Origin: Amphiscolops sp. MND2022
Taxonomy: Eukaryota
Length of the DNA stretch: 64,000 nucleotides
Direction: 5' to 3'
NCBI GenBank assembly: GCA_964187785.1
Contig: OZ076409.1
Span: 1,178,001-1,242,000, forward strand
Shown: positions 60,709 to 64,000 of the stretch, one piece after another
Layout: each line of letters opens with the position of its first letter
How positions within the stretch are numbered: the first letter of the stretch is position 1
The notes under the pieces: model-generated
Database searches by the model: none
Told to the model about the DNA's origin: nothing
Seen by the model: only the letters and a program-made list of their open reading frames with translations
Made by a program: the position numbers and the translations under genes

Positions 60709-61952
60709 GCAATTAGGTGAGCTTTCGGACACGCTAGGGACGAATGACGCACCAAAAGGATGAGACAAGACAAGAGTCTGTAGTTTTTTTGCGTTTTGTT
60801 CGATTTAGTGATGAATTCTAACAGACAAACCGTAATTCACAAAGTTTGTGTTGCAGGCGACAATGGCGGCGACTCAGTCCACTGTTGCAGTGACGGAGTA
60901 TTGATCAAGCTGTAGTCCCATGGTCGCATTCCTATAAGAGCCGAAGTAGTGCAGTTCGAATGCATTGCAGTAGCGGTCAATTGGTCCCAGCTAGGTACAA
61001 ACAAAGGCAAATATAAAATAAAATAAATGTGGATAAAATGTTGCTTTTAAAAAAGAAGTTTCAGTGCTTCAGTTAGTTTTGAACGTACTACAGGCATGGA
61101 ACATTTCCTATCGCGTATAATGGAACATGAAGGCTTCCAGTACACTTGTGCAGCTGCTACAACACTAACGTAGGTGATAGTATGTGATTTTGATTTACGA
61201 TATATCTATATTTTATAAACATGTTTTTATGAACTGTTTCGTATGGCAGCATTTTGGGGTTTTTCAGTATTTTTCTACTTTTCTCAACATTGATATTACA
61301 TTTTTGATGCAGTTTTCACTAGTAAGCGCCAAATCACGCGTGTTTACAAGAAAAACCAGCCCGTAGGTTCTAATACTTTCATTACAACCTGTCTGGTTGA
61401 GTTTGGGCAACACTCTAAAGTGCCCTGAAAATACTCTCAAAAACAAGGTTTTTGAGGTCAAACTGCAATTCAAAAGATTAAAGAGGTCGTCAAAATGAAT
61501 ATTGGGTGCCAAGTAGTGTGCCTCAAACTAAGTTTAGCACACTTAGGGTGTTTTGATTTCTTTTAGATCATGGACCCTTAGTGGCTTTTTCTGCTGTACC
61601 TAAGTCAATTACAGCAACAATGGGGTTTTTCCTCACAAAACACGTCTTGCAAAGAGCTCCAACGTCAACTTGGGATACCGTAACGCTTGTTACTGAATCC
61701 ATGGAGATTCTGAGTTACTTTTGTTTAATTCTTGCAGGGTTTGTGGCTTATACCAAGAGCGTTTACGCTCATGTTGGCGTTATACTTTGAAAATGCCGAA
61801 AGTGGCACTTTTTGCCAACAATAAATGAAAAACTGCTTGTGTTGACGAGTCGCACTTTCTTTTCATTTTTTCTCTCTTCCAAGTTCCCAAGTCAGAGATG
61901 AACGGTTTTAGACCGGACCTTTAGAAACGGTCCTTTAGAAAACGTTAGCAAT

Positions 61953-62677
61953 TGTAACGGCAAACGCGGAGCGTTTATGACGTGACAATAGAATGAAGGA
62001 ACTGGTACCATGGATATGGTCCGGGACGAACCACCATGACACCAGCTCCTTTTACCTGCTAGGGGTTGCCCGTCCCGAGGACGCGAACCGTCTTAGAGGA
62101 TGCTCTCTGGCCTGATACCAGTCTGTTACTGCTAAGAATCAGAGGAATTGAACTGGGATTTGCAACCACCGTGTAGATAGCTCATATAAACTGCTTGTTT
62201 TGTTGATAACTGAGTTTCGTCCAGTGGGAATCTCTTCATCGGTAAATGCAAAGCACGATTAATTGACAATAGCCCTCGAGCATATTTTTATCTTAATACA
62301 AAATTCCACATACAAATTAAGATAATAGAGTCCAGTTCGGCAAAAACTGTGAAAATTGGGCCGTCGGGAACCAGCGCTTGAGCTGGGCACAGCCCCTGGG
62401 CACGGGCAGACTCTTTAGCCTGTCATCAGTACTCTGGGTTCAGCACCGTAAAATGCAAGATTCTGCGGACAAACACCGTGGTTTGGCACGTTTGAGCTCT
62501 TTTTCTACCGTCTGCTCTCTCGGTCGTCTCGCTCTATCTCCCGGGGCGGTTTCCTTGACCGCTTTTCTTCACTTTCTGACAGGTACTTCGTCAAAAATAT
62601 GATCAGGAAGTCACGTCAGATTGGACGAATATTTCAAAAATTGTCAAAATTTCGTCTTGTTACAGGATGCCGTTACA
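61953..62677. mobile_element. 725-bp element with TGTAACGGCA...TGCCGTTACA ends
   Basis: 10-bp perfect TIR with AAT on both flanks. Confidence 0.55.
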
Positions 62678-64000
62678 AATTGTGCTGCGAATTCTTGGAC
62701 GTCTCCTTGAAAGATAGAGAGTCCTAGACACTCATTTCTGCTCGTTATGTACCTCGTCCGAGTTTGGTTCGCACCGATATCACCACTCGCTCATACGGCC
62801 AGAAATGCTGAAAAAGGCTGTAAAACATCTTTCAACATTATTTACGGCCCAATAACGGCACGGTAGACTAATAACGAGTGACCCATTGACGGTACTATGA
62901 AAAGTTTTGCAAGTATCTTTCAACGAAAATATCAAACAATCATATTTTCACAAATATTTTTAGAAATTTATTGTTGAACACAATTCATTAAGTCTCAAAC
63001 AACATACAAGCTCGCTAAAAAGAAGGATGAAAGCTCTGGTTTTTCCTTCCCCGTCGGGTCGGTCTTGGTGTTAATAACCAGAGGTCCAGCTCTTTTAATA
63101 GCCAATAAGGAGAGTACTCTAATGCGATCTGTGGTCGCCAATAAATGGTATTCTCCATGTTACGGGAAGCATCCTCCGTCTTTGCCTCCGTCCACGAAGA
63201 AGGAGGAACCTGTGATATGCCTATGTGGATTACGCTTTTTCCTCAAAACTACCGTCCAAACAGCTTTTAAAAACTATGCAAGTGAAATTGTGCTAAAAAT
63301 GCATTTCTCTAAATTACAATTACAGGAGATTGCAAAACAGTAGCTCACGAGCTAAAAAATAAAACAATAGTGCAAATTGCGGCATTATTGATTTCAAATG
63401 GCAACTTGTTGGGGTGCACAAGCACCGTGGGCATGTTCATGCAAAAAAACTCATTTTAGGTAATTACATCAAATAATAGCATCTTGCTGAGGAAAGCACG
63501 AGTTTTGCTATGGTGGAAAAAGAAATTTGCTTAATGCGTTCTTCAATTCTGCTTAGTTTTGGGTCTCGGGTTTGACAATTGTTCTTCTGGGCCTTTTTAA
63601 AGGGCTTGGTAGGTCTTTTTATTTGACACGGACACGATTTGCGTAAACTTTCAGTACATTGAATTCAATCTTCTTCGTTCAATGATTTTTTTCGAATTAT
63701 TTCACTGAAATGTATATCAGTGGACACTTCTGTTAAAAAAGAGTCTGAAAGACTAAAAACGAAATTTTATCATCACTCTAGACGTTGGAAAAGTGAACCT
63801 GAAAAGTTGGAGGTGAAATCAGTAGTAAAATAAATTTCATGTTACTGAGCTGTTGTATTTTGATCTCAGAATTTTCGGATAAAATGTGTGTAATAAACTT
63901 TGAAATTTGAGATACTTTTTGGTTCGGATGATTTTGGTCGCCTATAAATAATTCCAAGTCGAAATGCATAAACATGTAAATACAAGCAGTGATGGGTTGC

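Overview
AT-rich eukaryotic (most likely invertebrate animal) DNA made almost entirely of transposable elements, with a 200-N scaffold gap at 35525-35724. The only clear host-gene sequence is a truncated ATG9 5' fragment. Two elements stand out. (1) A 17.9-kb Ty3/Gypsy provirus-like element (41504-59434; 401-bp LTRs with 2 mismatches seen; CAAG TSD) organised like a complex retrovirus: small transmembrane uORFs, a ~2,700-codon Gag-Pol with an RS-rich segment, a herpes-gB/chuvirus-type class III fusion envelope gene, two accessory ORFs and no canonical polypurine tract. (2) A non-autonomous LTR retroelement (1452-6030, minus strand; tRNA-Leu-type PBS, PPT, three LTRs) with no recognisable gag or pol but two paralogous coiled-coil + J-domain (Hsp40) genes. 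It is nested in a 9-bp-TSD MITE, and part of a second copy is fused to ATG9. The rest is a decayed Mag-like Gypsy (25374-31112), several degraded LINEs, a copia-like gag fragment, and hAT-, MULE-, Merlin- and Helentron-like non-autonomous elements. All family assignments come from reading motifs by eye; no searches were run.
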